This document shows positions 39,637 through 52,515 of a DNA stretch of 55,679 nt, piece by piece. Origin of the DNA: Octopus sinensis (lineage: Eukaryota); the NCBI RefSeq assembly GCF_006345805.1, contig NW_021834824.1:1-55679 (forward strand), given 5' to 3'. The first letter of the stretch is position 1, and each line of letters starts with the position of its first letter. The notes under the pieces were generated by a model. The model did not search any database and was not told where the DNA came from. It worked only from the letters and a program-made list of their open reading frames with translations. A program made the position numbers and the translations under genes.

Positions 39637-40094
39637 CAAATTTACTTAGAAATGGACGCGTGCGTTCTGTCGTGTAATAACAAATTAATAAATAAAACAT
39701 ATGCATATATACATACATATATGTACGTACCTACATCTACACGTATATTATACATGCATATTGGTACAGGAAACCAAAAACAAAACGTCGAACACATTGA
39801 GAAACGAAAACATAAACACAAAACCAAGGAACTGGACATTTTTCTTGAACAACGAAAAAATTGAGTACATGACAAATAACACAAGGAAAATTCCCCTTCT
39901 TCAGTCGCCATGGCTTCATCTACTCCGCGTTTCGAAGGTGAAGGCGAGACGCGACTTCGACTAAAACACTCCTTCCCGCGAAAAGCAAATTAAATAAAAT
40001 TTGAGATTTTTGCGGAGGGGTAAAAATGGTAACAAAAACAGGACAGTAACGACAGTACAAAATATTAACAGTAAAATACATATATATATATAAT

Positions 40095-40145
<51 letters not shown>

Positions 40146-40994
40146 TACACACCACATATATATATATACACACACATAAATATATACACATATATATATA
40201 CATATATATAATACACACCACATATATATATATATAAACGATACATACGTATATATATAGAGAGAGAGAGAAAGAGAGAGACAGAGAGGAAGAGCTATGG
40301 GGTAGAACATTTCTGTCATAGGTATACATGATCAGGACTACCACAGGGCCAAACAATAACAACAGCAGCAGCAACAGCTTGCATAAATTCTCAGTACCTT
40401 ACATCTAATTCCAACAAGACATGACATTAGCCGTAATCCTTCTCCCCTCACCACCCCAGTACACTAACCAACCAACCCTAAAATAGATGTATTTTGGTAA
40501 ACTTCGACATTACCGTTCTTATAATTCTTTTTTGTCGTGGGGGTTGTTATTCATCTCATAATTACTCTATTTTTCTATTGACACTTCTACTTGTCTAAGT
40601 AATACGTTTGTTTCTCTAGACAGACATTTGACCTTCTTTCAGCTTTAAATATAAAATAAATATATAAATGAATAAATATCTGCCAGAGGAGTATCCGATA
40701 AGAAGGACATTACAAGTAATAATTTTTTTTTTTTTTTTTTTTTCCTACTATAGGCACAAGGCCTGATATCTGTCGCGAGTGTACTAGTTGATTACGTCGG
40801 TTCCAGTTACTCAACTGGTACTTATTTTACCAACTCCGAAAAGATGAAAGGCTAAGTTGAACTCGGCAGATTTTCAGTTCAGAAGTTAAGGCCGAAAGAA
40901 ATATCGCTAAACACTTTGTCCGACGCGCTAGCGATTCTGCCGGCACGCCGTCATAACATTACAAGTAATTATAATAACAATATTTATTTATGGT

Positions 40995-41239
40995 GATAAT
41001 GAGGAGGAGGAGGAGGAGGAGGAGGAGGAGGAGGAGGAGGAGGAGGAAGAGGAGGAGGAGGAGGAGAGGAGGAGGAGGAGGAAGAGGAGGAAGAGGTGGA
41101 AGAGGAGGAGGAGGGGAGGGGGAGAAGGAGGACGACGACGATTATGATGATGACGACGACGACGACGATGACGGCGATGATGACGACGATGACGACACTC
41201 TTTTAACAAAAAGAAGTAGTAGTAGTAGTAGTAGTAAGG

Positions 41240-41293
<54 letters not shown>

Positions 41294-41300
41294 CTAGTAG
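40995..41300. repeat. (GAG)n, (GAC/GAT)n and (AGT)n microsatellites
   Basis: Direct reading. Confidence 0.9.
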
Positions 41301-41696
41301 TAGTTAAGAACAATAACAACTACAATAACAGTAACAATGACAACAACAATATCAACAGCAATCAATAGTAAAAGCACAAATCCTGATATTTGAGAAGGAA
41401 AAAAAGAGTCAATTATATCGGCCTCGGTATTTAACTGGTATTTTGTTTTATTGATGGCGGGGAAAGAAAAGGATAATTTGACCTCAGCGAAATTTGAACT
41501 CAGAACGTAAAGTGCTTGAAGAAATCCCACGCGTCATTTTGTTCGACGCTTCAATAATTCTTCCAATCCGCACTTGTTGACAACAAGGGCCGAAGACTTG
41601 GAACTATGGCGTGCAGGATGGTTTCGTAATGTTGCGTGCAACTTGGACAGGTTCTCTTATGAACGTTTCTGTGCCTGTAGAGTTTGTATGAAGAGT

Positions 41697-42120
41697 CAAC
41701 CTTAGATATCAAGTTGGGCGTTTGATGCCTAGAATGTTGTCAAGACACTCACAGCACTCTACCAGTTCAACACCATCGATGGTAAAATAACTCTCACAGT
41801 GGACGATGTGCAACTTTAGCTTGAGGACGGTTTGGGATGCTAGCGAGAACAATCTAAGCAGTCTCTCCCGGAGAAGCTTGCTTCCAGTATTACTGCCCTG
41901 CCATTACTTTTAAAATTTTTACATAGTCTCAGGCTTGAGTTTTTCCGGGAGATATTGCTTAGATTGTTCTCGCTGACATCCAAAACCGTTCCCAAGCTAA
42001 AGTCGCACATCGTCCACTGTGAGAATTATTTTACCGTCGATGGTGTTGAGCTGGTAGAGTGCTGTGAGTGTCTAGACAACATTCTGGGCATCAAACGCCC
42101 AACCTCATATCTAAGCTTGA
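41697..42120. repeat. fold-back element with ~180-bp inverted arms
   Basis: 41697-~41880 is the reverse complement of ~41935-42120 with scattered substitutions. Confidence 0.9.
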
Positions 42121-42269
42121 TTTGAACTCAGAACGTTATAAACGTGTTCCATGAAGGGCATCCATACTACTTCGTTTTTGTTGTCTATGTTACCGTTGTA
42201 TTGGCCCAGATATTTCTGAAGTGAGCCTGCACGTTATCATTGACGAACCCAACGGGACCAACATGGAAT

Positions 42270-42715
42270 GTATCTCACGCATAAGAAAAGCAAAAGTATG
42301 GACTTCAGATGTACGCCTGCTAGGCTGTAATACGTGACTGAAACAATGTAGGTGTTAACCACTTCTGCCCAACCTCTCAAGGACAACTTCTCTATCCATT
42401 TCGGAGTGAGATTGGCCACCCTGCTCCCGATCTTTTCCCAGTCCTTATCCATCAGAAAGTCCGGTCCCTACAAACTCTGAGCACCTTAACAGAGCCTTCA
42501 GTCCCGAGACAGAGTTTGCTAATAGCTGACATGAACTGAAACCGTCAAATGCCGAGTTCCAAGCCCACCGTTTTGTCCTGGTTGATGTGTGCACCTGTAC
42601 TTTTCTGATTTTCTTTCACTATGATGTCTACTGATTCTATAACCGAAGCGTCCGACACTATGGCAGTCGAGTTATGCAGGTATACAGATAAGGCTTTCTT
42701 GTGACCTAGTTCGAA
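42270..42715 (-). pseudogene. Tx1/L1-clade RT C-terminal fragment, degraded
   Basis: ALSVYLHNSTAIVSD...STGAHINQDKTVGL and WEKIGSRVANL..KW..KLSLRG.AEVVNTYI. Confidence 0.7.
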
Positions 42716-42900
42716 CGGGATGTCCTTCAAAATCATCTTCAAGACTCTCCCTTCCCCTGCTAAATTCAGATGCCCACTTTTGTACTGTTGATAAAACTAA
42801 AGCGTCATCCCCTTATGTAGCAACCATGTCACCATGAATGGCCTTGGAGGTTTAAGCCTTTTTCTGCAAGTACTTGTTAACACCACGATGCCAAATTTTG
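42715..42900 (-). pseudogene. mariner transposase N-terminal HTH fragment
   Basis: AIHGDMVAT*GDDALVLSTVQKWASEFSRGRESLEDD, directly abutting the Tx1 fragment. Confidence 0.7.
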
Positions 42901-43132
42901 CCCCGTTTCAAGAGAAGTTGCTACTAGTTACTTTTGAAGTCTTCTTTGAACAGGTCAGTTTACCTGGAAAAAACAACGCAGTTTTTAATAAGAAGTGTTG
43001 AAATTAATGCATGCAAGATTTCACAGGTCTGGCATCACTCCTTCATAGTCGAACTTTTCAGCCCATCCTCAGAGAAGCAAGTGAAGATTTCTTTCTGATC
43101 TAGTGATTACCATTGCTACCATTAGAGTTGAT

Positions 43133-43322
43133 AAGGCCGCGAGCTGGCAGAATTGTTAGCAAGTCCGTCAAAACGCTTCTGGTATTTCTTGCGTTCTGAG
43201 TTCAAATTCTACCGTGGCTGACTTTACACTTCGGGGTTGATAGAATAGTTACCAGTTGAGCACTGGGGTCGATGTAATCGACTAGCCGCCTCCATCAAAC
43301 TTTCAGGTCACCTTATGCCTAT
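43133..43322 (+). mobile_element. SINE family B, degenerate
   Basis: Head and ACCAGTTGAGCACTGGGGTCGATGTAATCGACT core. Confidence 0.75.
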
Positions 43323-43513
43323 AGTAGAAAGTCGTTATTGTTGTTAGTAGTGATGATGATTTCTCCTTCTGTATCAGTGACTTTATTCGAAGCAGACGAC
43401 ACCAAATCTTTTTCTCTGACGTAGTTCGTTATTATCATGGCTATAACAGTAGTGTGTTCTTACAAAAGCAGACACTTGGCACAATCATTTCTCATAAACA
43501 CGCATAAACAAAG

Positions 43514-43577
<64 letters not shown>

Positions 43578-43610
43578 CCTATCTATCTATCCCTCTCTCT
43601 TTCTCTCTCT

Positions 43611-43650
<40 letters not shown>

Positions 43651-44054
43651 TTCAATTAAACCCTCTTTTCTTTCCCTGTGCGTTGTGTTTGTCCCATCTA
43701 TTTTTATATTATTTCTTCACAGGGATCCATGTTTTTCTTTTCAAGAAAATTGAATTTTAAAACAGACGATTTCCCCGAATGGGGTAATTAAGCAAAGCGG
43801 ATTTTTTTTAAAGTCAATTCCTTACTCTTTGCAGGAGAAAAATAAAAAGTAACAAAAATATATCACAATACAGGTGAGAAATGTGGGAAAATCAGAACTT
43901 TTACAAAATCGAAATTGGGCGTCTCATTCCCTACAATGTATGGGACAGGTCAATATTACTCAAATATATCTGAACTTATGTAAGTTTATAAAATGCAGTG
44001 TGAGTCAAAAGTCACGCATCAAAACATTTCACATTTTATATATACTACGTTATT

Positions 44055-44445
44055 AAGGCGGCGAACTGGCAGACACGTTAGCACGCCGGGCGAAATGCTT
44101 AGCAGTATTTCGTCTGCCGCTACGTTCTGAGTTCAAATTCCGCCGAGGTCGACATTGCCTTTCATCCTTACGGGGTCGATTAAATAAGTACCAGTTACGC
44201 ACTGGGGTCGATATAATCGACTTAATCTGTTTGTCTGTCCTTGTTTGCCCCTTCTGTGTTTAGCCCCTTGTGGGTAGTAAAGAAATAGTTATTTCGTCTG
44301 TCGCTACGTCCTGAGTTCATATTCCGCCGAGGTTGAGTTTGCCTTTCATCCTTCCAGGGTCGATAAATTGAGTACCAGTTGCGTACTGGGGTCGATCTAA
44401 TCGACTAGCCAAAATTTCGGGACTTGTGCCTCGAGTAGAAAAGAT
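44055..44445 (+). mobile_element. SINE family B, full copy plus a headless tandem second unit
   Basis: Second unit starts at TATTTCGTCTG (~44289) immediately after the AAAGAAATAG tail. Confidence 0.85.
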
Positions 44446-45017
44446 TATTGTTATTATTATTGAGTGAGAGAGCAGCGCATACCATCTGGGACTGGGGTAC
44501 AAATATACGAAGCCTAATATACTCATTGTGACTACCCGTCTGATAAGTGTACACCAGGCAAATGCATCACAACCATATGTACGCTGCATGGTGATCTGAT
44601 ATCAAGATAAGCAGCACATGACCTTGCAGGTGGGGTCCTGTTAAAAAAATTTTCAGGTTGAGTTGCCTATCCCGTTCAAAAGGCCTTTAAATAAGAGTTG
44701 TTTAAGGATGATGAAAAAAAACACCCATGTTTCCAGAGGTGAATTCAAGCAGCAAAGAATTCCTTTCAACACATGGCTATGATGCTCCCTCACTACTTCT
44801 GCTCGTGATCAGAGATGCACATATCGTCAGCCACTAAGGGACATGCTCAACTGGTTGAGGTCAATCAACTGACAAGCAAATCTGTGGTATTGAGCAGAAT
44901 ATTTGCTGTAGCCCATCTTTTATACCAAGACAAAACAATGTACATGATAACACTTCCAATCATTTAAGATCAAAAAGCCTTGAGAGTCACTGCCTTGTAC
45001 TGCACCAGGGTATATTA

Positions 45018-45075
<58 letters not shown>

Positions 45076-45152
45076 CATCATTATTTATATTATTATATTA
45101 TTATTATTATTATTATTATTATCAATATCGTTTATTATTATTATTATTATTA

Positions 45153-45188
<36 letters not shown>

Positions 45189-45193
45189 ATTAT

Positions 45194-46162
45194 TTTCTTC
45201 TTCTTTCAAATTTGCTATCATTTCTTGCCGAGTGTCTTCCCGACTCCTAGGGCAAAGAAACTCATAGTATACATTGGTAGGCCATTAAACCAAACTCAGT
45301 AGTTCGTTCATTTTTTTTATTTTTTTTTTAAGTTAAATTAAAATACATGAGCAGCAACAGTTCTCACATCGACAATGCTCTTCTCAATACGTGTGATGTA
45401 CCAGTTAAGACAATCTTTTGCACTTCTTGCAGGGATGGTAAGCCAGGGATCATTCTCATATAATTTTCGGTTCCCTTCTTGATCATTCCTAGTGCTCCTA
45501 CGATTCACTGGTATTGTAACCGCCTTGAGATGCCACATTTTCTCAATTTCAATGAGTAGGTCTTATATTTTCTGAGCTTGTCAAACTCTTTCGCTGAGAT
45601 ATTATGATCACAGGGGATGCTCATGTCGATCAATAAGCAAACTTTATTGTTTTGGTCTTTCACAACAATATCTGGTTTATTGGCCTTGATGGTTCGGTCT
45701 GTATGTACTGGAAAGTCCCACAGAATGGTTACATTTTCTCCTTCAGTTACAGCCTCAGGGTGGTGATTATACCCTTGTCGGCAGTTTTGATATTGTAATG
45801 CCGACTTATTAGCCAGTGGAGATACTGGCCAACTCTGTCATGTCTTAATTTATACTCCACTGGTGCTAAGATTTTACATCCAGAGATTAGGTGGTCCACT
45901 GTTTCAATCATGTCGTTGCAGAATCGGCATTTTGGGTCTGCTCCATTTTTCATCACATTGGCCTGGTAGTTCCGAGTTATAGGCTTTGATCTTGAGCAGC
46001 CAGGATGAAACCTTTGCTCTCTGCTTTTAGCCCTGAGCTCCGTAGCCACTGATGGCTTTGCTCTGGTCAACATAGCTTGTTTGCTGCGGATCACATATTT
46101 GCCGTGCAGAGGTTTTGCTCCCCCACCTATCAGCCAATTGCTCGTGCGCTTTTTTCATTGCT
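45194..46162 (-). mobile_element. R4/Dong-like LINE, 5'-truncated, with CCHC and restriction-like endonuclease
   Basis: CRFC...ETVDHLISGC...RHDRV...LHW, then TILWDFPVHTDRTIKANKPDIVV...LIDMSIP, with frameshifts; (TAA)n on both sides. Confidence 0.88.
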
Positions 46163-46187
46163 TATTATTTTATTATTATTATTATTA

Positions 46188-46224
<37 letters not shown>

Positions 46225-46240
46225 ATTATTATTATTATTT

Positions 46241-46455
46241 AGGCGTCGAGCTGGTAAAATCGTTAGCCAGGCGGAATGCTTAGCGGCATTTCGGCAGTCT
46301 TTATGTCCTGAGTTCAAATTCCGCCGAGGTCAACTTTGCCTTTCATTCTTTCCAGAGATCGATAAAATTAGTACCAGTTGAATACTGGGGTCGATGTAAT
46401 CGACTGTCCCTCCCCCACACCGAATTTCAATCCTTGTACATATAGTAAAAAGGAT
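46241..46455 (+). mobile_element. SINE family B
   Basis: Head and core homology. Confidence 0.8.
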
Positions 46456-46478
46456 TATTATTATTATTATTATTATTA

Positions 46479-46555
<77 letters not shown>

Positions 46556-47698
46556 GAAATATGCATTTAAGTAAGGATTAATCTTGGTGCGTGACTTTTG
46601 GCCTACCCTGTATATTAATTTGTTGACATAACTATATGACGACAAAGATTGTCAGTTCAAAGCATTCTGTTAATTGAAACGAGAAAAAATGTTTTAATAT
46701 ATATCGCTTTACTTCCGCTTCAGTTTTGTACGTACAGTTTTATAAATATTTAACTATGTGAACTTTCGTGTTTACATTTCCAGAACAGTGGAAACGTGCA
46801 GAAGTTACGAATATATGAGAGGGGATAAAAATAAGCCATTTTTCATATACATTGCTTTTTGTCTGCTTTTTCTTTTAAAAATAAACACAAATACACACGC
46901 AGACATGTATGTATGTGTGTGTGTGTGTATGTATGTGTGTATGTATGTATTATGTATGTATGTATGTATGTATATGTGTGTGTGTGTGTGTGTATGAATG
47001 TGTGTGTGTGTATGCATGCATGCATGTGTGTATTGAATTATGGATAGACGAATGCATGGGGTTTACATGTTACCATTAGTTGAAAAATGTAAAAAAAACT
47101 TGTAGATATTTTTACATATGTACGAGATACATACGCATAATACACATATATGTGCTTGGATGTGTGGGGGGTGGAGGGTATGCGTGTGGGTGTGTGTTTA
47201 ACAACAGTTTGATTCGGTTCTGTGTAGCTTAAGGTTTCGTAGTCTTGGAGAACGTACCTAGGTCGTTCAGCATCCGGAGATCAAGTTACATGGAGCCGAG
47301 TGAAACTCATATATATGTATACTATATATATATATATATATATAATTATATATATATATATATTATATATATAATATATATTATATATATATATATATTA
47401 TATATAAATATATTATATATATATATATATATATTGTATATATATTCCGTCCTTGTTTTGTATACATTCGAGGCTTTCTTCCAAGGTATCTAATGCGCTT
47501 GGCTTAGATTTTCCTTTGGGGCTGGCCAGATCGGAGCAATCTCAAGATTAATCAGCCGAAATTGCGAGGATGTTCCGGTTCTTGGCTGAAGATCGAAGGC
47601 TTCGTATGTCCCGTCCGTGTTTTTTGTATCGTCTTCTAAATGTTTTGCGTTCTTGTCCCAGTTTGTATTTGTTTACACACACACACACACACACACAC

Positions 47699-47733
<35 letters not shown>

Positions 47734-47736
<3 letters not shown>

Positions 47737-47882
47737 TTTCGGTCTACTAAATCCATTCATCACAAGACTTTGTTCGGCCAGAGGGTATAGTAGAAGACAG
47801 TAGCACAAGGTGCCACACAGTGGAACTGAGCTCGGAACCATGTTGGTGGGAACCAAGCTTCTTACCACACAGCCACGCCGGC
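47734..47882 (-). mobile_element. SINE family A, 5' part
   Basis: Reverse complement GGCGTGGCTGTGTGGTAAGAAGCTTGG...GTGGCACCTTG. Confidence 0.75.
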
Positions 47883-48392
47883 GTTTCGTATACAACAAAT
47901 CCAGCGTCATTACTACCACGTGGATATGATTTCGCTAATTGTATTACGTGTCAATATGGTCATGAGAAACGGAAACCTTTTTTGGTCATCTACCTTTGAG
48001 GTAGCGGCAGCTGCAGGGATAGGGCCTGAACCAGCATTAGACTGAAACCCATTTCCGCTAAGTGGATTGGAGAAACGTCAAATGAAATGCCTTCCTCGAT
48101 GAAGAAATTACCCGCCATCCAGTCCAGGAATTGAACGCACGATCTCATGATCCTGGAGCCAACATACTAATGCTACCCGCTTCGAGATTCACACATAAAG
48201 TGCCCTGTGTATGTGCCTCTGTGCGTGCGTGCGCGCACGTGAGTGCGTGTGTGTACATATCTACATGCATACATATATGTATACTTACATACACACGTTC
48301 ATACATACTTATACATATACGTAAATACATAGTATTAGCAGAAAATGCCGTCCATGACATCACATCCAAGTATGCAAGTGTATGTGTGTGTG

Positions 48393-48430
<38 letters not shown>

Positions 48431-48431
<1 letters not shown>

Positions 48432-48815
48432 GAGCAAAACGCCCCCACCCCGTCCAATGGACGGTGCTGAATTGTCAAACATTTAAACCAAATATTCTCA
48501 AAACAACTTGTCTGACCGTCCCATTTTGTGGCATTATTTCAAGACAGCCGGCTTTTTTTGCGCAAACTACACGTGCAGTTTTCTTGCGTACGCGTAGTAT
48601 CGATCGCAAAAGCTGATGTACTTGCGCGTACAAATGCACGTTCCCACGGCTTTATCGATAGCATTCTCACCTGGAATCGATTTTTGTAATTTTTTCAAGA
48701 CTCATACACGCCCTGATACTGTCGGTATCTACATATCAAATTTGAGCGCAATCGGATGGAGGATACCCGAGACCCTACAAGACACACAGCACAACAGACA
48801 GAAAGGATTTTATAT
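48431..48815 (+). mobile_element. possible non-autonomous Helitron-like insert
   Basis: Starts TACGAGC within (TA)n; ends CAAATTTGAGCGCAATCGGATG...ACAGACAGAAAGG TTTTATATA, resembling Lep1-type ends. Single copy in the window. Confidence 0.4.
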
Positions 48816-48817
48816 AA

Positions 48818-48902
<85 letters not shown>

Positions 48903-48994
48903 GTATGTTTAGCGGAAAATGCCGTCCATGATCAAATCCAAGTATGCAAGTGTGGTGTGTGTATATATATATATATAGATATATATATATTATA

Positions 48995-49102
48995 TATAGA
49001 AAATAGTAAAGAGTGAAAAAAACTACAGAAGGCTTAATGTTTAAAATAATTTTTTAACATTTAAGCCTTCTGTAGTTTTTTCACTCTTTACTATTTTCTA
49101 TA
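48995..49102. repeat. near-perfect hairpin with 47-bp arms
   Basis: TATAGAAAATAGTAAAGAGTG...CTACAGAAGGCTTAATGTT / AACATTTAAGCCTTCTGTAG...CACTCTTTACTATTTTCTATA, ~14-nt loop. Confidence 0.9.
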
Positions 49103-49240
49103 TATTCACCCACGTGCTTTCACAACCACTTTCTATCTCTCTCTCTCTCTCATCTCTCTATATATATATATATATAATATATATTATATATATATATATA
49201 TATGTAAGTATATGTAGTATGTATGTAGTATGTATGTATG

Positions 49241-49290
<50 letters not shown>

Positions 49291-49728
49291 GTGTGTGTGT
49301 GTTGTGTGTATAATATATTATAGGTGACTGTGTGCGTTTGTAAATATGAAACATTAGTGGTCTGCGTGAGTATCCAAAAAGTCCTTTTTTATGGTTTCCG
49401 AACCCAGTTAAAATAGGTATTTATCCTCTGTTTTTCCAGCCAGCTAATAATATCAATGGCGACATTGATTATTTTGATCCAGACACGCGTGTTTATTTAG
49501 TGGTGAGGAGGCTGTTGTTACACTGTTGTAGATAATGTATGTAGAGAGATATATGGTAACCTATCTCGAAATTCAAATAATAGTTCTTCTAAGAAAAGGA
49601 AAAAAAAAAAAGAAATATACGGACAAACATATATGTGCATGTTTGTGTGTATGAATTGGTTGTGTGTATGTACGTATATATTTGTTACTACAAACATGTA
49701 ATACGTATATATATATATAAGTGTGTTT

Positions 49729-49766
<38 letters not shown>

Positions 49767-49868
49767 ATGTTATTTTAGCAAGTCATGTGTCGTTGGAGAA
49801 TAACCATTTAACTGCATTAATAGTCTATATGTCCGTGTGTTTAAATATGTATCTCTCTTTCATCACAT

Positions 49869-49926
<58 letters not shown>

Positions 49927-49958
49927 GCACACACGTATATATATGTATATAGATACAG

Positions 49959-50023
<65 letters not shown>

Positions 50024-50033
50024 TATATATATA

Positions 50034-50065
<32 letters not shown>

Positions 50066-50079
50066 ATATACATATAGAT

Positions 50080-50166
<87 letters not shown>

Positions 50167-50169
50167 TAG

Positions 50170-50210
<41 letters not shown>

Positions 50211-50223
50211 CAGTTTATATATA

Positions 50224-51118
50224 CGTGGTCTGATGAATAAGTATTCAGACTGTTGCTATAGTCACGAAGCTAAAGGACCCCAAGTAAAGCCGCTTGACAC
50301 AGATTGGCCTTGAAGTCTGTAGTGCATGCGCACTAAGTTTTAACCTTCTAGCTCACTTCTGCCGTTTACAGCAATACTTGGAAGGAAGGTGTGCAGCGTG
50401 TGATCGTCGTATTGAACATGATAGAGAAAGTTGAGCAGAGAGCCTGCATCAAAATTTTACCAAAAGCTTCACGATACCTGCTCAGAGGCCTACGCAATGT
50501 TTTCAAAAAGTTTTCATCGTTCTCAACACAATCAAGATCTTATACAGCTGAAACCCGAGTGTCACTTTGGTCAGCTGAAAGCAGTTTTAATAGAAACTAG
50601 GCAGACACGCGTCTCATACCCAAATCTTCAGCGATAATGGACTGAATTGGACCGTAACTAATCTGCACATCCTCTGATAACTCACGGATGGTGATTCGAC
50701 GATTTCCCCTCGCAGTGCATGCACGTCTGTGATGTTTTACTCAGTTCTGCTGGTTGCGGGACTCCCGGAATGTTTGTCAATATCGATATTTTTTCGGCCA
50801 TCTTGAAAGTGTCTGAACCACACGTACACTTGTGTGTGGCTCATACACTCCTCTCCATACACTTTCTGCAACTTTGCGTAGGGTCTCTGAGCAGGTACCA
50901 CTATAGCAACTTTCTCTGTCGTAGTCAATGCGACAATCACACGCTACACATCTCCATTCCAAGCACCGTTGTAAATAGCAGAAGTAAGCTAGAACGTTAG
51001 AACTTAGTGAACATGCACAGCAGAGTTCAAGGTCAATCTTTGCCAAGTGACTTCACTCTGTGTGCTTTAGCTTTGCTACTATGGCAATAGTCCGGATACT
51101 TATTGATCAGACCTCCTT
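50224..51118. mobile_element. mariner derivative made of two converging 5' ends
   Basis: Plus arm 50224-~50520 (MIEKVEQRACIK) and minus arm 51118-~50600 (..KLQKVYGEECMSHTQVYVWFRHFQDG); TA at both outer ends. Confidence 0.8.
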
Positions 51119-51352
51119 TATATATGTATGTATATATGTATATATACACATACACACACACATACATACATACATGCATACATACATACATACATACGTA
51201 CATAAATACACACACACATATATATATACATATACATACATATATATAAATATATATACATACATACATACATACATACGTACATAAATACACACACACA
51301 CACACATATATATACACACATACATACATACATACATACATACATACATACA

Positions 51353-51386
<34 letters not shown>

Positions 51387-51387
51387 A

Positions 51388-51605
51388 AACTGCGAGCTGG
51401 CAGAATTGTTTGCACGCCGGGTGAAATGCTTAGCGGTAATTCGTCTGCCGTTGCGTTCTGAGTTCAAGTTCCGCTGAGGTCGACTTTGCTTTTCATCCTT
51501 TCGGGGTTGATTAAGTAAGTACCAGTTACGCACTGGGGTCAGTGCAATCGACTTAATCTGTCCTTGTTTGTCCCATCTGTGTTTAGCCCCTTGTGGGCAA
51601 TAAAA
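51388..51605 (+). mobile_element. SINE family B
   Basis: Head, core and GCCCCTTGTGGGCAATAAA tail. Confidence 0.85.
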
Positions 51606-52053
51606 AAATATTTATATATATATAATTCGTGGCGGCATGAACACAGGGCAACGAGAATCCAGGTTTCTATTCATTCTCGATAAGTTTTAGCAGATTCAAA
51701 CATGAATTTCCTATCGTTGCTGCTTTTCGTCATCGGAGAAAACCTCCTCCGCTTAGAAGGTGTGTGTTAATAGCACATGCTATCCGTTGTCTTAAATGAC
51801 TGCTCAATCAAAACTACCCCACCGAACCGATGAATTCAACAACCGTACAGGCTCTTTTTCACAGAAATCAACAAACCATTTACTTAATGATGAGTCCTGA
51901 TGTTTGCTAAACTGATTATAATTCATAAGCTGTATACAGATGAACTGGAATCCAAACAACAACGTATCTATTTAATGTCTGTACGCTCCGACAGATTTGA
52001 TCATGAATTTCTGATCGTCATTGTTTTTTGTCATAGAACATCTCCCTTTAGAC

Positions 52054-52515
52054 GAGTGGTTCTCAGCTGGGGTTCATCAGACCATTGGGGGTCTATATAA
52101 AATTTTGTTGCTTAAATTTTAAGTGCAATAAATATTTTAAATTTTTCATATAATTCCTAATATTGATTTCAAATTTTACCACAAAACCAGCAATTTCAGG
52201 GGAGGTGTAAGTTGATTACATTGACCCCCAATGCTCAGCTGCTACTTATTTTATCGACCCCAAAAGGATGAAAAGCAGAGTCGACCTCGACGGAATTTGA
52301 ACTCAGAACGTTAAAAAAAATGGACGAAATGACGTGAAGCCTTTTGCCCGGCGTGTTAACAATTCTGACAGCTCGCTGCTTTATATACAATACCTAATAT
52401 TTAATTATAAAAATACATGACTTTCTTTTATATAGAGCAAAGGATTATGGAGCTCCAGTAGAGTAAAATAAGAATCAAAGGTGGTACATTAATAAAAAGT
52501 TGTTGAGACCCACTG
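52054..52515. mobile_element. hAT-type MITE with 8-bp TSD, containing a nested SINE B (52195-52385, minus)
   Basis: CTTTAGAC at 52046-52053 and 52516-52523; TIRs GAGTGGTTCTCAGC / GTTGAGACCCACTG. Confidence 0.85.

Noticed and set aside
40988-41307. Poly-E/D/R/S ORFs
   Set aside because: Pure trinucleotide repeats without flanking exon evidence.
44455-45010. Possible interspersed repeat or LINE 5' end
   Set aside because: Single copy in the window with no diagnostic motif.
51640-51770. Mariner-like peptide remnants (FSDDEKQQR, CLNLLKLIENE) on the minus strand
   Set aside because: Too short and degraded to call.
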